The notes under the pieces: generated by a model
Told to the model about the DNA's origin: nothing
Seen by the model: the letters and a program-made list of their open reading frames with translations, nothing else
The model's database searches: none
Shown here: piece by piece, positions 1 through 12,076 of the stretch
Layout: each line of letters starts with the position of its first letter
Numbering within the stretch: position 1 is the stretch's first letter
Source of the DNA: an uncultured Acidobacteriota bacterium
Lineage (GTDB): Bacteria; Acidobacteriota; Blastocatellia; RBC074
DNA: 64,000 nt
NCBI GenBank assembly: GCA_963796275.1
Contig: CAWCKY010000004.1
Location: 64,001-128,000, forward strand
Direction: 5' to 3'
Program-made: the position numbers and the translations under genes

Positions 1-1971
1 GACCAACACCTCCCGATCCAGTTCCGCGACCGTCGTGCGCACGGCGCTCAACCACACCGACGTGGGGCGATCCGTGCGGAAATAGAGCGGCGCATAACGG
101 CTGGGCGCTTGCATAAACGGCAGATAAATGTCGTTCAGATCGATGTCCATGTGCGTTTGCCGTACGTCACGCGCGACACCGACAATCGTGCGCCAGACGC
201 TGCGCACATTGCGATCCGCCTGTTCCGCCGGGCGAATGCGCTGGCCAATGGCGTTGTCTTGCGGCCATAAGCGACGCGCCAACGTTTCGCTGATGATGGC
301 GACGGGTTCCGCACCTTCGCGGTCAGCGTTGGTGAAACTTCGCCCCTGTTGAATGCGAATGCCGAACAAATCAAAATAGCCGTCGCTCACCGCCATCACG
401 CTCGCATTGCGTCGCTCGTTGGTGGCGGCATCCACTTCGAGTGTTTGTGCCGGGTATTCGTAAAAGGGGATGAAATTGGTGAAGGCAAACGGCGCATTTG
501 TCGTCGCCGCCAAACGTTCTCTGAGCCGTTCATAAAATTGCAGAAAGGCTTGCGGATCGGGATACGTGCGATTGGGCAACGCGATGCGTGTGCGCACGAC
601 GTGTTCGGTTTGAAAGCCGAGATCGGTACGCGCCAGATGTACGACACTGCGAATCATCAGGCCACAGCCCATCAGCAACGCGACGGACAACGCCACTTCC
701 AGCGCGATCAGGCTGGAGCGCAACCGTCGCATCGTCGGGCCATCGGTTCCGCTGCGCCCTTCGCGTCGCAAGGTGTCGGCCAGTCGTTTTTCCCACGGCG
801 TTACCATCGGGATGAGCGAGAGCGAAAGCGCAATCAATATGCCTGCGCCTCCGACTAGCAACAACACCGATGGATCTAGCGCAATCGCCGCAGTACCGCC
901 CGGGGCGCCGCGTCCTAATCGTTCTTCCACAACCGGCGCAAGCAAGCGCAATCCCCCTCGCGTCAGCGCCAATCCGATCACGAACGCCGCGCCGCATAGC
1001 AAACCAATCTCTGTAATCAGCATTCGTAGGATGTGATTGCGCCCTGCGCCGAGCGATACGCGCACTGCTATTTCCTTCTGCCGCCGCAACGCCCGCAACA
1101 ACAACAGCACCGCCACATTCACACATACAATCATCAGCGCCAATCCCGCCGCAATCGTGACCGGCAGCAGCAGCGGGCGCAGTTCTTTGACATAGCGTTC
1201 GTGCGTGGATTCGAGTTTTACACCTTGCCAATTGGGCGGAAAGTTCGATCCGATAGCGCGAATCGCCTCGGTAATGCGCTGTTCTGCCACCGCAACGAGA
1301 ACGCCCGCGCGCAGTCGCACCAGGTATGCCTGTCGCGGCGCCGTCAGCGGCACGGCAAATTCCATTACGCCCCGCGCATACTCACGCGCGTAGTGAAAAT
1401 CCGGCGGCAGCACGCCTACGATACGAAATGTTTCCATTGGCTCGGCCAGGTTAGAACGGCTCGCCCGAAACGAACGCCCGACGATATTCGGGTCAGCGTC
1501 GAATCGCTCCTGCCACAGCGCGTACCCAATCAACGCAACCTTTTCTGCTTCGGCGCGAAACTCTTCCGCCAAAAAGGGACGCCCCACCACTGTGCGCAGG
1601 CCCAGCATTTCGCCTGCGCCGGGTGCGACAGACAGCCCTAACGCCTCTCTCTTCTCCGCGCCTTCGCCGATGTAAAACCGCGCCAAGTGCGAAGCATCGG
1701 CTACCTCGACGACTTCGCTCAGGTTTTTCCAGTCCATCGTTGCCACTTCGCGCGGTTCCGGTACGCCCTGCACAGTGTAGATGACGTGATACAACCGATC
1801 CGCTGCCGGGAACGGCATCGAGCGAATCAGATAGGCATTCATCACTGCCAACGCAGTCGCCACCAGCGCAAAGCCCAAAGCCAGGGAAATCACGCCGGCG
1901 AAGGTAAAGCCCGTGTTTTTACCAAGCGAGCGTACGCTGTAGTTCAAGTCACGCCAGAAATCTGCCAGCAT
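1..1971 (-). CDS. ABC transporter permease, ADOP/MacB-FtsX duplicated type (runs off left edge)
   Basis: ATG at 1971 after GAAGGAG; translates MLADFWRDLNYSVRSLGKNTGFTFAGVISLALG...; bases 1-60 read in the same frame (SVWLSAVRTTVAELDREVLV). Absent from the ORF track because the stop lies outside the window. Confidence 0.85.
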   Translation of the reverse strand, partial: MLADFWRDLNYSVRSLGKNTGFTFAGVISLALGFALVATALAVMNAYLIRSMPFPAADRLYHVIYTVQGVPEPREVATMDWKNLSEVVEVADASHLARFYIGEGAEKREALGLSVAPGAGEMLGLRTVVGRPFLAEEFRAEAEKVALIGYALWQERFDADPNIVGRSFRASRSNLAEPMETFRIVGVLPPDFHYAREYARGVMEFAVPLTAPRQAYLVRLRAGVLVAVAEQRITEAIRAIGSNFPPNWQGVKLESTHERYVKELRPLLLPVTIAAGLALMIVCVNVAVLLLLRALRRQKEIAVRVSLGAGRNHILRMLITEIGLLCGAAFVIGLALTRGGLRLLAPVVEERLGRGAPGGTAAIALDPSVLLLVGGAGILIALSLSLIPMVTPWEKRLADTLRREGRSGTDGPTMRRLRSSLIALEVALSVALLMGCGLMIRSVVHLARTDLGFQTEHVVRTRIALPNRTYPDPQAFLQFYERLRERLAATTNAPFAFTNFIPFYEYPAQTLEVDAATNERRNASVMAVSDGYFDLFGIRIQQGRSFTNADREGAEPVAIISETLARRLWPQDNAIGQRIRPAEQADRNVRSVWRTIVGVARDVRQTHMDIDLNDIYLPFMQAPSRYAPLYFRTDRPTSVWLSAVRTTVAELDREVLV

Positions 1972-2109
1972 AGTTGTTCTCCTTCAGTCAGCATGATGCG
2001 TTCCCAGAGAATTGGGAACCCCGCTCAAGCTTAGACGCCGCAGACAACTGTTTTCTTCCGAGTGCGCCGAATAAAATTTCGTCGTCATTCAGATCGCCAA
2101 GCAATGGGC

Positions 2110-2394
2110 CTCAAAGCTCAGCGGAGAACTCGCTCGACTTCCTTGAGTTTGTCGTCGAAGAGTTGCCATTCCCAATCCAGCGAGTCCAGACCGACCGTGG
2201 CTGGAGTTCTTCGTGTACGAATTTCAGCAATGGTTGATAATGCGATCAAGTTTCGCCCGATCAAGCCGAGGTTGCCTCATCTTAATGGGAAAGTGGAAAG
2301 GAACCAGAAGATCGGCTGGGAGGAGTTTTACCAATCCTCCTCGAACATATCGAGGAGGAACTTGACCACTATCGGGTCGAGCGTGATGAGTTGA
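2110..2394 (+). pseudogene. IS481-like transposase (integrase core) fragment
   Basis: Two frames give SAENSLDFLEFVVEELPFPIQRVQTDRG and IKFRPIKPRLPHLNGKVER..EEFY, the TD-G and NGKVER motifs of the DDE core. Confidence 0.75.
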
Positions 2395-2760
2395 GCCTCG
2401 CTTGCGCATCCAATTCGACTTTCCTCAAACTCTATCTCCCCGAAGAGAGCCTGGCGCCCGTCCCGGATGATTGCCTGCGAGTTGGACGGCCTGGATTCCG
2501 GAATCTCGCTTGCTGAAATGTCCAATCACTCCGACCTCGGCGCCGGCGTTGGCGCGGGTCTGCGAGAGTCGAACTATCTGCGGGTCAGTGAGTTTTTTGC
2601 TAGATGCGCGATTGCGTCCGCTCTCCCTTAATGAACGCAGAGAGCGATGAATATCCGGCAAAGTCTGGAAATATTCGACCGTTTCCGGTAAAAACAAGGT
2701 AATAGCGGGCGGTGCAATCGCGCCCTTCACTTTTAAGACCCTTTTTCGAGGACAAAACTC

Positions 2761-4059
<1,299 letters not shown>

Positions 4060-4363
4060 TTCAATAGAAGTTCATGTTCGGTGAGAAAGAGAGATCGCGC
4101 ATAAGAGATCAGAACACGAAAGTGGGCGCGTCAGCAGGCTCGATGTATTTGATCAGCGGCAGATAAGCGCCGTCCGCTTCGGCTGCAGCGTATACTTCAT
4201 CGTGTCTGGGCAATGGGCAATCAAACATTCTCCAACGAGAGCGACCCATTTCCGCCGTGTTCTTTTCTATCTGTACCTCGTCATATAATTCACCGGTGCC
4301 GCGCGAGCAAGCCTTGAATTTCGGATTCACGTTGCGCGCGGCTTGACGGCCGAACGTTGAGCC

Positions 4364-5677
4364 GTTAGACAGCCCTTGAAGTCGAGTGTTACAGCCCGGG
4401 AGGACTAGTTCGCAATGATTTCATCTTTTAGATGTTTGGGCGTGGTTCGGGTCCCGCAGAATCTCTCGGCGCTCGCTATTGCCATCTTGCTGTTTTGGTC
4501 TGCACCAGGCGTTAAACCCGTGCCCGCCGTCGTCTCGGCGCAAGAGCCAAACCTGCGTGCCGCTCCGAACGAGAGCGCCGGTTCGCTCGACGCATGGATC
4601 GATTCGGTTCGTAAGCAGCACAACATCCCGGCGCTGGCCGCCATTGTTCTGCGAGCCGATACTGTTCTTGCGCGCGGCATCGCGGGGGTTCGGCACGCGG
4701 GCATTGCCGGGGCAGTAACCATCAAAGATCGATTCCAGCTCGGGTCAAACACTAAGGCAATCACAGCCACGCTTGTCGCGACCCTTGTCGAGGCGGGCAC
4801 GCTGCGGTGGACGACGACGCCCGCCCAGATCTTTCCAGAAATGCGTGACTCAATGTCCCCTGCGTTTCGGGGAGTGACACTCGAACAACTGCTCTCTCAC
4901 CACGCTGGTGTCTCGGCGTTCACGGATACCGAGGATGAAGACTTCAAGAAAATCCCTCACCTCATCGGCACTCCCATGGAGCGCCGCCGGGCGTTCACCG
5001 CCTGGGTTCTTCGGGGCAAACCAGTCGAGCCGCCGGGTACGAAAGCCATCTACTCGAATGGTGGCTACACGATTGCGGCCGCAATGGTGGAACGTGTAAC
5101 CGGGCATAGCTGGGAATCACTTATTCGCGAGCGTGTATTCAGGCCCCTGGGTATCAATGGCACGTTTGCGTGGTCAGATTCTGCGGATGTTGAACAGCCG
5201 TGGGGACACTATGAAACGCCGTCGGGAGTGAAGGCTGTGGATCCGCGCGATCCTGGAGAACGAGTGCCTCCGATCATGTGGCCGGCTGGTTCAGTGGAGC
5301 TCTCTCTCGACGACTATGCGCGCTTCCTCCAGCTCAATCTCCGCGGGCTCGAGGGTCACGATACATCTCTCCTTAGAGCCGCAACCATCAAGCGGTTGCA
5401 TACTTCGCCGGTCGCTCCGGGCGATGACTTCGCACTAGGCTGGGGGATTCAGGAGTTCGACAATGCGCCAGCACGCGTGCATGTGGGGAGTGCCGGAGCG
5501 TTCTTTGCTGTCACCATGCTGCAGCCGACGCGAGACCTCGCCGTGGCGGTATTCGCGAACGCAGGCGGTGAAAGGGCGGATACGGCTGCAAAGGAAGTGC
5601 TCATAACACTCGTCCGACGCTATGCGACTCCGGCCGCCAAGTAGGAAACTCGGCGGTTGTCTAACGTATCGTTAGGC
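4364..5677 (+). mobile_element. Integron-type gene cassette boundaries around the serine hydrolase
   Basis: GTTAGAC at 4364-4370 upstream; exact complement GTCTAAC at 5659-5665 just after the stop; second core site GTTAGGC at 5671-5677. Confidence 0.6.
4415..5644 (+). CDS. Serine hydrolase, beta-lactamase/PBP-like family
   Basis: FQLGSNTK (SxxK), LLSHHAG, YSN (YxN), HVGS triad; N-terminal signal peptide. Confidence 0.9.
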   Translation: MISSFRCLGVVRVPQNLSALAIAILLFWSAPGVKPVPAVVSAQEPNLRAAPNESAGSLDAWIDSVRKQHNIPALAAIVLRADTVLARGIAGVRHAGIAGAVTIKDRFQLGSNTKAITATLVATLVEAGTLRWTTTPAQIFPEMRDSMSPAFRGVTLEQLLSHHAGVSAFTDTEDEDFKKIPHLIGTPMERRRAFTAWVLRGKPVEPPGTKAIYSNGGYTIAAAMVERVTGHSWESLIRERVFRPLGINGTFAWSDSADVEQPWGHYETPSGVKAVDPRDPGERVPPIMWPAGSVELSLDDYARFLQLNLRGLEGHDTSLLRAATIKRLHTSPVAPGDDFALGWGIQEFDNAPARVHVGSAGAFFAVTMLQPTRDLAVAVFANAGGERADTAAKEVLITLVRRYATPAAK

Positions 5678-5849
5678 GGACAGCGCTACTGTCCAGGCAA
5701 CAACAGAGACCATCACGGGAACAGCTCTCTTGGAAGTGCACACAGGAGCACGCCCGGACGTGGTCCTGAGGAGAAACGATGACGACGCGAATTGCACTGT
5801 TGAGTGGTTTGTTGCTGCTATGGTTCTCTGCGACAACTCCATGTATCTG

Positions 5850-6135
5850 ACCAGCTCATCGTACTGGTTCGAGACGGCGAAGATTGAGGCCAACACGCCC
5901 TGCAGTAGTATCGCCGCAGTCGGAGCCTGAAAGCGCGGGCTGAGCCTGCCCAGCGATTTGAAGAAGACGCCATCTACGCCCATGGCGTAATAGACTCGCG
6001 GGGCCGAGAGCAGAGCCAAGTTCATAAAACCGAAAGTCGAGACGACGATCAGAAAGCTGATCGCTTTGGCTCCGAATGGCCCGGCCAGTTTCGCCGCCAC
6101 GTCGGCTGCCGGAGTTTCGGTCGCCGCCAGCGACG
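5850..6135 (-). pseudogene. APC family amino acid permease fragment
   Basis: Internal segment AISFLIVVSTFGFMNLALLSAPRVYYAMGVDGVFF..P..AILLQG; no native start or end. Confidence 0.75.
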
Positions 6136-6168
6136 ATCCGCAGCATGGCTGCATGGTCGAACAGGCAG

Positions 6169-6360
6169 TCAGGCCGCGGTGGCCGACTCGTCTTGCTGGC
6201 GATAATACATTAATTCAAACTCCGCCGACGGAATGTTGCCAATCGGTTCTAGCAGCCGGCGGTTATTGAACCAATCGACCAATTCGAGGGTGGCGTACTC
6301 GATCTGTTCGAGATTACGCCAAGGACCACGGTGGTGAATGACCTCGGACTTGAACAATCC
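6169..6360 (-). pseudogene. IS3 family transposase OrfB C-terminal fragment
   Basis: FKSEVIHHRGPWRNLEQIEYATLELVDWFNNRRLLEPIGNIP, a characteristic IS3 OrfB tail. Confidence 0.85.
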
Positions 6361-6622
6361 GATTTTGAAATTTAATGGAAAGAGAACGCATTAAAAGTCC
6401 TTCTTGGCTTGATGTTCATGTCGAGATTAAACAGAATATCTTCCTTTACCGCACTCCACAGCAAGCAGTTCAGCTACAAATAAATCGTCAGGGATTTGCT
6501 TAGAGTAACAAAAAGCAACAATTCTCCCGGAGACGCTTTTACAGTCTTTTCGCTTGGCTGGTCGTCAGTCCAGTCAAGATGAGGTCGAGGGTGTTCCACA
6601 AACTTCAATAAAGGAGACTCTT

Positions 6623-8144
6623 ATGCGTATTCCATCATTGAGATACTAAACTGCTGGTACTCTGTCTACTACTAATCTCTTCAGTAATTGGGGGCAGCTA
6701 CGTCGCGCTTATCAACTGGGCACCTGGCGTTGCCGCGGGCCGGGCATCGCTGAACTCGGTCGGCTCGGCGGCGGCCCAGGATGTCTGCAGCGACGGGATC
6801 AATGTACCCAACCGCTATAACCTGCCCTTCTGCGTAAGAGCTGACGAGCTCTTCATCTTCGCGGTCAACTACAGGCCGTTCGAGTACGGGGGGGAGACCC
6901 CGATGCGGACGGCCGACAGGTTCTTCGAGACCGTCATTGGCGCCCGGCTCAGGGAGGCCTTCCCGAACCTGAAGATCAAGTACGCAACGTGGGACTACCC
7001 AGTCAGATACGAGGATCTGGCAAATGCCGGCGTAGTGCCGGACATCATCATCGAAAATCCGCATAATCGCATCGATCGGGACCTCGAACCGCGAGGATTG
7101 GTCGCAGACATGACACCGATGATCATAGGGAGCGGGATCAACCTCAACCAGCTCAACCGGGGCGCCGTCGAGATGGTGAGGTCGCGTTCGGACGGCGGAA
7201 TATACGGCGTGCCGCTCTTCATCGATGAATACATGTTGTTCTACAACAAGAAGATCTTCGATAAATTCCATGTGAACTACCCGACGGTCGGTATGACGTA
7301 CGACGAAGCTTACAGGCTGGCCACGAGGCTGACCCGCCAGTCTGGGCTCAACGCCTACAAGGGATACCTGCAACACCCCGACAGCTATCTGGTCTTCAAC
7401 CAGCTCGGTCTCTATCCGTTCCAACCGACCACGAGCGAGCAGCCTGCGCCTGAGGATATCAGAGTGGATATCACCAGCCCGGGTTGGAGGGAACTCGCCG
7501 AGAACATCGATCGGTTCCTCAACATTCCACGCAATACGTTCACAACCGTCGACGACTACTTGAAAGGAGACATGAGTCGGCCGGGTCATGTCGCGATGAC
7601 GGTGAATACGTTGAGCAAGCTGCCAATGTACGCGGGCAACGAGCTGTACATGGACCCCGCAGCTAGGGACGAAATCATGGGGTGGCTGCCGAGCGTCGAG
7701 ATCGGTATCACGTCCGTTCCGGTGCTCCGTCAGGGCTCGAAAACGATCTATCAGCCCAACATGCTTGCCGCCTTTATCCCGCCTCACTCAAACAAGAAGG
7801 GTCAGGCGATCGCGGTCGTGAAGTGGTTGGTCTCGGAGGAGGCACAGGTCGAGCTGTCCAGGCACGCCATCAAGGGGGTCCTGCAGACTCCGGCCGTCAT
7901 CGGCAGCTTCGGTGCCGCCATTCCGGAGTTGGCCGGAATCGACACCTCCGCCGTCTACTGGGGTAGGAATGCCGTCGTGAGAAACTACCAGAACACCGAG
8001 TATTGGGACATCCCGCTCTTTATGGTGTTTCGGCAGCACGTGCTCAGAGACGGCATGTCGACAGAATCGTCGTTGACCGTCACCGAGCAGGAAGACATCC
8101 CCGCATATATCAAGAGCAGGGCGGCGGCGGGACAGACCTGGTAG
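6623..8144 (+). CDS. ABC transporter extracellular solute-binding protein (sugar-binding type); leader frameshifted
   Basis: IYGVP..LFYNKKIFDKF..YP..GMTYDE motif. AAGGAG+ATG at 6623 is one base out of frame with the signal-peptide-like KLLVLCLLLISSVIGG, which continues in frame into ORF 6903-8144. Confidence 0.8.
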
Positions 8145-8404
8145 TTAGGACTGCGGTGCAGAATGTGAAAGTCTAAATCTAACCACCGGGAGCACGGAGA
8201 AGAACAAAATGCGCCATCGCGCACATGATAATTTCGCGTGATCGCGGCCTCGCGATCAAGTTTCAGAAATCCGGAAAACACAACCGATTGTATGTCGCCC
8301 GCTCATTTCAAATTATCCAGTGGGGGCTACGATGTGCGCGATGGGCGCAGGCACCTGGAGCGGGTTGAATTTGACAAAACCTCAAACCCTGCAGGAGGCA
8401 GCTT

Positions 8405-11041
8405 ATGAAAACCCGATCCAGGTTCGTCAACATCGTCGGCTCAATAATTCTTCTGGGCGCTCTTCTCGCGCGTGTTCCTCAAGGAATGGGAGCAGCGACA
8501 GCACAAACCCAGCAGCTTGGGACTTCGGGTGCTCTTACACCCGCTGCGGAACTTAAGGTGGACATCAACAACAGCGGCCGCCCCGTCTTGGAAGGGAACG
8601 AGCCCACCTATACACCGTGGTCCACCAATCAAATCTGGTTCTCCGGCGGCGACACCGCTTCGGCCGGCTTTTCGGACGTCACGGTGACGTTTACCCGGAA
8701 AGGGTCGGTGGGGAACGGGCTTCAGTCAGGTTATTGGAAGCTCGGTGTCGAGAACAGCGCCTACAATGTCAAGCTGACCAGTGATGGCATCAAAGTGAGC
8801 AATGGCGACTCGGGAGCACAGATCGAAATGCGCATTTCCGGGCTCCCGGCGGGCGGTCATAGCCTCCTGGTTTATCACAACGATTGGGACAATCATGCCG
8901 CTGGCGCGGTCGCGCCACTGACGGTATCGGTCAACGGCAACACGGTCATTTCAAGCCTGCCCATGTCGGTGCGGGCCACCAATGCAACCCAGGCCGCGTC
9001 GTCCTATGTGACCTTCACCGTTGTGTCCGGGCAGGACGTCGTGATCTTGTTCCAGTCGAGGAACACGGCTACCTACAACAACGTTTACATCAACGGATTC
9101 GAGATTGACACCCCCTATGCGAACCTGCGGGCGACCAATCCGGTTCCAAACAACGCGGATGAACACGCAAACGCGGACGGTGGATTGCTCAAACTGAGCT
9201 GGGGCGCGGCGCCCTCGGGCGCGGCTTCGCACGATGTGTATTTCGGCACCGACAGCAACGCCGTCGCGACAGCCACGCGCTATTCTCCGGAGTTCAAGGG
9301 CAACATGACTTCGATTGGCTACCCTGTCAGCGGCCTCAACAGCATGCTCACTTATTACTGGCGTGTGGATGAGATCAGTTCCTCCGGCGAGATAACGAAG
9401 GGCCTCGTCTGGTATTTCCGTCCGCGGCATCTGGCTTTTCCCGGAGCGGAAGGGTATGGCCGCTTTGCGCGCGGCGGACGCGGCGGCGTGGTCGTGAAAG
9501 TGACGAATCTCAACGACAGCGGTCCCGGAAGCCTGCGCGATGCGATTTTGGGCAACTACGGTCCGCGCACCGTCATCTTCGATGTATCGGGCCTCATCAC
9601 GTTGTCGAGCGACATTGTCATCGACGGGAACGCACCTCCGATCACCGTCGCGGGGCAGACAGCGCCCGGCAAGGGCATTTGCGTGAAGCGGCATCAGTTT
9701 GCGATGAGCGGCGCGCGCGACGCCATCGTGCGTTTCATGCGCGTGCGGGTAGGAAAGGAAAGCGACGAGACGCAAAACGCCACCGGCATGGCGGGCGTGA
9801 ATCACAGCATCATGGACCACTGCTCGATCAGTTGGGGCATTGATGAGGAGTTGAGCTCGCGCGGCGCGAAGAATATGACCTTCCAGAGGTGTCTCATTTC
9901 CGAGGCGCTGAACATCGCGGGGCACGACAACTACCCGCCGGGCACGGAGCACGGTTATGCCGCGAGCATCGGTGGGGGCATCGGCAGTTTTCATCACAAC
10001 CTGCTCGCGCATTGCGCAGGCCGAAACTGGAGCCTCGCTGGAGCTCTGGACGGCGCGGGCATCGCCGCAGGCCGGCTCGATATCTTCAACAACGTGGTTT
10101 ACAACTGGAGAAACCGCACCACCGACGGCGGCGCGCACGAGGTCAATTTCGTAAACAACTATTACAAGCCCGGGGCGGCTTCAACCCAGTTTGTCGCGCT
10201 CAACGCGCAATACGAGGGTGCCCCCGGAACCCAACAATATTACTTCGACGGAAATGTGATGCCCGGGTATTTCGACTTGAGCAATCAGACCGACGGACGG
10301 GTGGCCTCCGGCGACGTGCCGACGACATACAGCCCATGGGTGGATGCCCCGTTCTTCCCGTCAGACGCAACAATTGATACAGCCACAACCGCCTATAAGA
10401 AAGTATTGTCGGACGTAGGCTGTAACCAGCCGATGATAGACGACCACGATGTTCGGGTGATTGGCGAGACCCTGAACGGCACCTATACTTACAGGGGCAG
10501 TGTCAGCGGGCTTCCGGGTTTGCCGGACACAACCGATGATGTGGGCGGCTGGGAAGATTACGGAAATGGAGTGCGCCCGCCCAATTGGGACACGGACAAT
10601 GACGGCATGCCCAACTGGTGGGAAGTGATCAAGGGTTTCAACACGAACTCGCCGGCCGGCGACTTCTCCGAGAGCAACAGTGATCCGGACGGCGACGGTT
10701 ACACGAACTTGGAGGATTACTTGAACTGGATGGCCCAGCCGCACGCGGACTGCAAAGCGGGATCGCATGTGTACATTGATCTAAACGCCTTGAGCCGCGG
10801 TTACACCAACAGCAGCCCGAGTTACTCGTTCTCCGGCCAGGTCAACGGAACGGTGGCGTTGGTGAGCGGCCGGTATGCGCGGTTCACGCCGAGCACGAGC
10901 GCCAATGCGCTGGGAAGTTTCAATTACACGGTGACCAATGGTAAAGGCGACGACATGACCCGCACCATCGGGATTCTGATCATCGGTTCGAGGGTTGCGA
11001 CTTCACCTAAATACCCGGTGGGCTTCGGGCTGCAGAAATAA
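8405..11041 (+). CDS. Secreted multidomain pectate lyase (PL1-like)
   Basis: GGAGG RBS, signal peptide, AFPGAEGYGRFARGGRGG..VTNLNDSGPGSLRDA, DHCSISWGIDE, DTDNDGMPNWWE; C-terminal Ig/cadherin-like segment. Confidence 0.88.
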   Translation: MKTRSRFVNIVGSIILLGALLARVPQGMGAATAQTQQLGTSGALTPAAELKVDINNSGRPVLEGNEPTYTPWSTNQIWFSGGDTASAGFSDVTVTFTRKGSVGNGLQSGYWKLGVENSAYNVKLTSDGIKVSNGDSGAQIEMRISGLPAGGHSLLVYHNDWDNHAAGAVAPLTVSVNGNTVISSLPMSVRATNATQAASSYVTFTVVSGQDVVILFQSRNTATYNNVYINGFEIDTPYANLRATNPVPNNADEHANADGGLLKLSWGAAPSGAASHDVYFGTDSNAVATATRYSPEFKGNMTSIGYPVSGLNSMLTYYWRVDEISSSGEITKGLVWYFRPRHLAFPGAEGYGRFARGGRGGVVVKVTNLNDSGPGSLRDAILGNYGPRTVIFDVSGLITLSSDIVIDGNAPPITVAGQTAPGKGICVKRHQFAMSGARDAIVRFMRVRVGKESDETQNATGMAGVNHSIMDHCSISWGIDEELSSRGAKNMTFQRCLISEALNIAGHDNYPPGTEHGYAASIGGGIGSFHHNLLAHCAGRNWSLAGALDGAGIAAGRLDIFNNVVYNWRNRTTDGGAHEVNFVNNYYKPGAASTQFVALNAQYEGAPGTQQYYFDGNVMPGYFDLSNQTDGRVASGDVPTTYSPWVDAPFFPSDATIDTATTAYKKVLSDVGCNQPMIDDHDVRVIGETLNGTYTYRGSVSGLPGLPDTTDDVGGWEDYGNGVRPPNWDTDNDGMPNWWEVIKGFNTNSPAGDFSESNSDPDGDGYTNLEDYLNWMAQPHADCKAGSHVYIDLNALSRGYTNSSPSYSFSGQVNGTVALVSGRYARFTPSTSANALGSFNYTVTNGKGDDMTRTIGILIIGSRVATSPKYPVGFGLQK

Positions 11042-11099
11042 CGATTACCGAAACAATGTGATCTACAACTGGGAAAGCTGCTATGGAGGTGAAAAGCAA

Positions 11100-11772
11100 T
11101 CACCCGACGGGAGTCACAGCGTTGCCGTCTCTTCAATTGCTTCTCCCGTCTGAGCAGAGGGCGCGGATTCTCAAGTCTCTGTCCGTCACTGGTCCTGGCC
11201 AGGGTCTTAATCCCTACGTCAATCCCCACCTCGGCTTTCACCTTCTTCAGAGGCTTGAGGTCGGTTTCGACCAGGACGCTGACAAAGTATCGCTCACTCT
11301 TATCCTTGCTGACTGTCAGATTGACCAGCTTTGCATCATCAGGAAGCGGGCGACTCCAGCAGATATCCAAAGGCTCGGATTGCTTGGCGAGCGTGAACTG
11401 GCTGTCTCTGTATGTGAAAGCGTTGGTGGCGTAACGGACAGACTGTGATCCGTGTTTCGATTTGAACTTGGGATAGTCCGCTCGCTTCGCGAAGAAGTTT
11501 GTGAACGCCGCATCGAGATTACGCAGCGACTGTTGGAGGACTACGGAACTAACTTCGGAGAGAAAGGTTTTCTCAGGCTGCTTTTTCCACTCTGTCAGTT
11601 TCGCGGCAGTTAGGTGATAGCCGACAGACTGTTTCTCCTGCTGCCAAGCTGTAGTTCGAAACTCCAATGCCTGATTGTAAATGTAGCGAGCGCAACCGAA
11701 GGTCTTAGCGAGTTGGGCCGCCTGCTGGTCAGTGGGAAAGAATCTGTATTTGAATGCTTTCTGCACTATCAC
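11100..11772 (-). pseudogene. tnpB: TnpB (IS200/IS605 family) truncated after RuvC-I and the bridge helix
   Basis: KAFKYRFFPT..QLAKTFGCARYIYN, YPKFKSK, VGIDVGIK, ENPR..LKRRQR; RuvC-II/III and zinc finger are absent. Confidence 0.9.
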
Positions 11773-11817
11773 AAAAATATTTTATCTTACATAGATAGCT
11801 GTTGTAAGACCCGTTAA

Positions 11818-11898
11818 TCGTGGGCGAAGCGCCCACGATGCGAAATTCATCTCCATCCAAGCTCGCCAAGATGCTCGCTATGGATGGAGTATTCTTTC
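11818..11898 (-). mobile_element. IS200/IS605 end hairpins upstream of tnpB
   Basis: Perfect hairpin ATCGTGGGC-GAAGC-GCCCACGAT followed by stem CTCCATCCA...TGGATGGAG; the latter recurs at 16328-16380. Confidence 0.7.
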
Positions 11899-12076
11899 GC
11901 CGATTTTGATAAACGCGCAAGCCTTCGCCGGACACGCAAACAATCTGGATTTCGCAGATGCGGCGGATGTCGCGGGTAATCCGTGTTGTTCCGTTGCATC
12001 TGTGAAAATCCGCAGCGAACTCACTGTCCCAATGTCGCGTGTTCTGATACAAAACCTGTCAAGCGTAATGGCTTCC

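Noticed and set aside
128-2034. Short ORF-track calls in the first 2 kb
   Set aside because: Shadow frames of the minus-strand ABC permease.
4415-5644. Antibiotic-resistance beta-lactamase
   Set aside because: Motifs support only the broad serine hydrolase family, which is mostly esterases and peptidases.
6681-10768. Long antisense ORFs (6681-7787, 8951-10138 and others)
   Set aside because: GC-rich antisense shadows of the binding protein and pectate lyase.
11100-11772. Active TnpB/Cas12-like nuclease
   Set aside because: Lacks RuvC-II/III, the zinc finger and the right-end/omegaRNA region; the ORF tail to 10924 is read-through into the antisense of the lyase.
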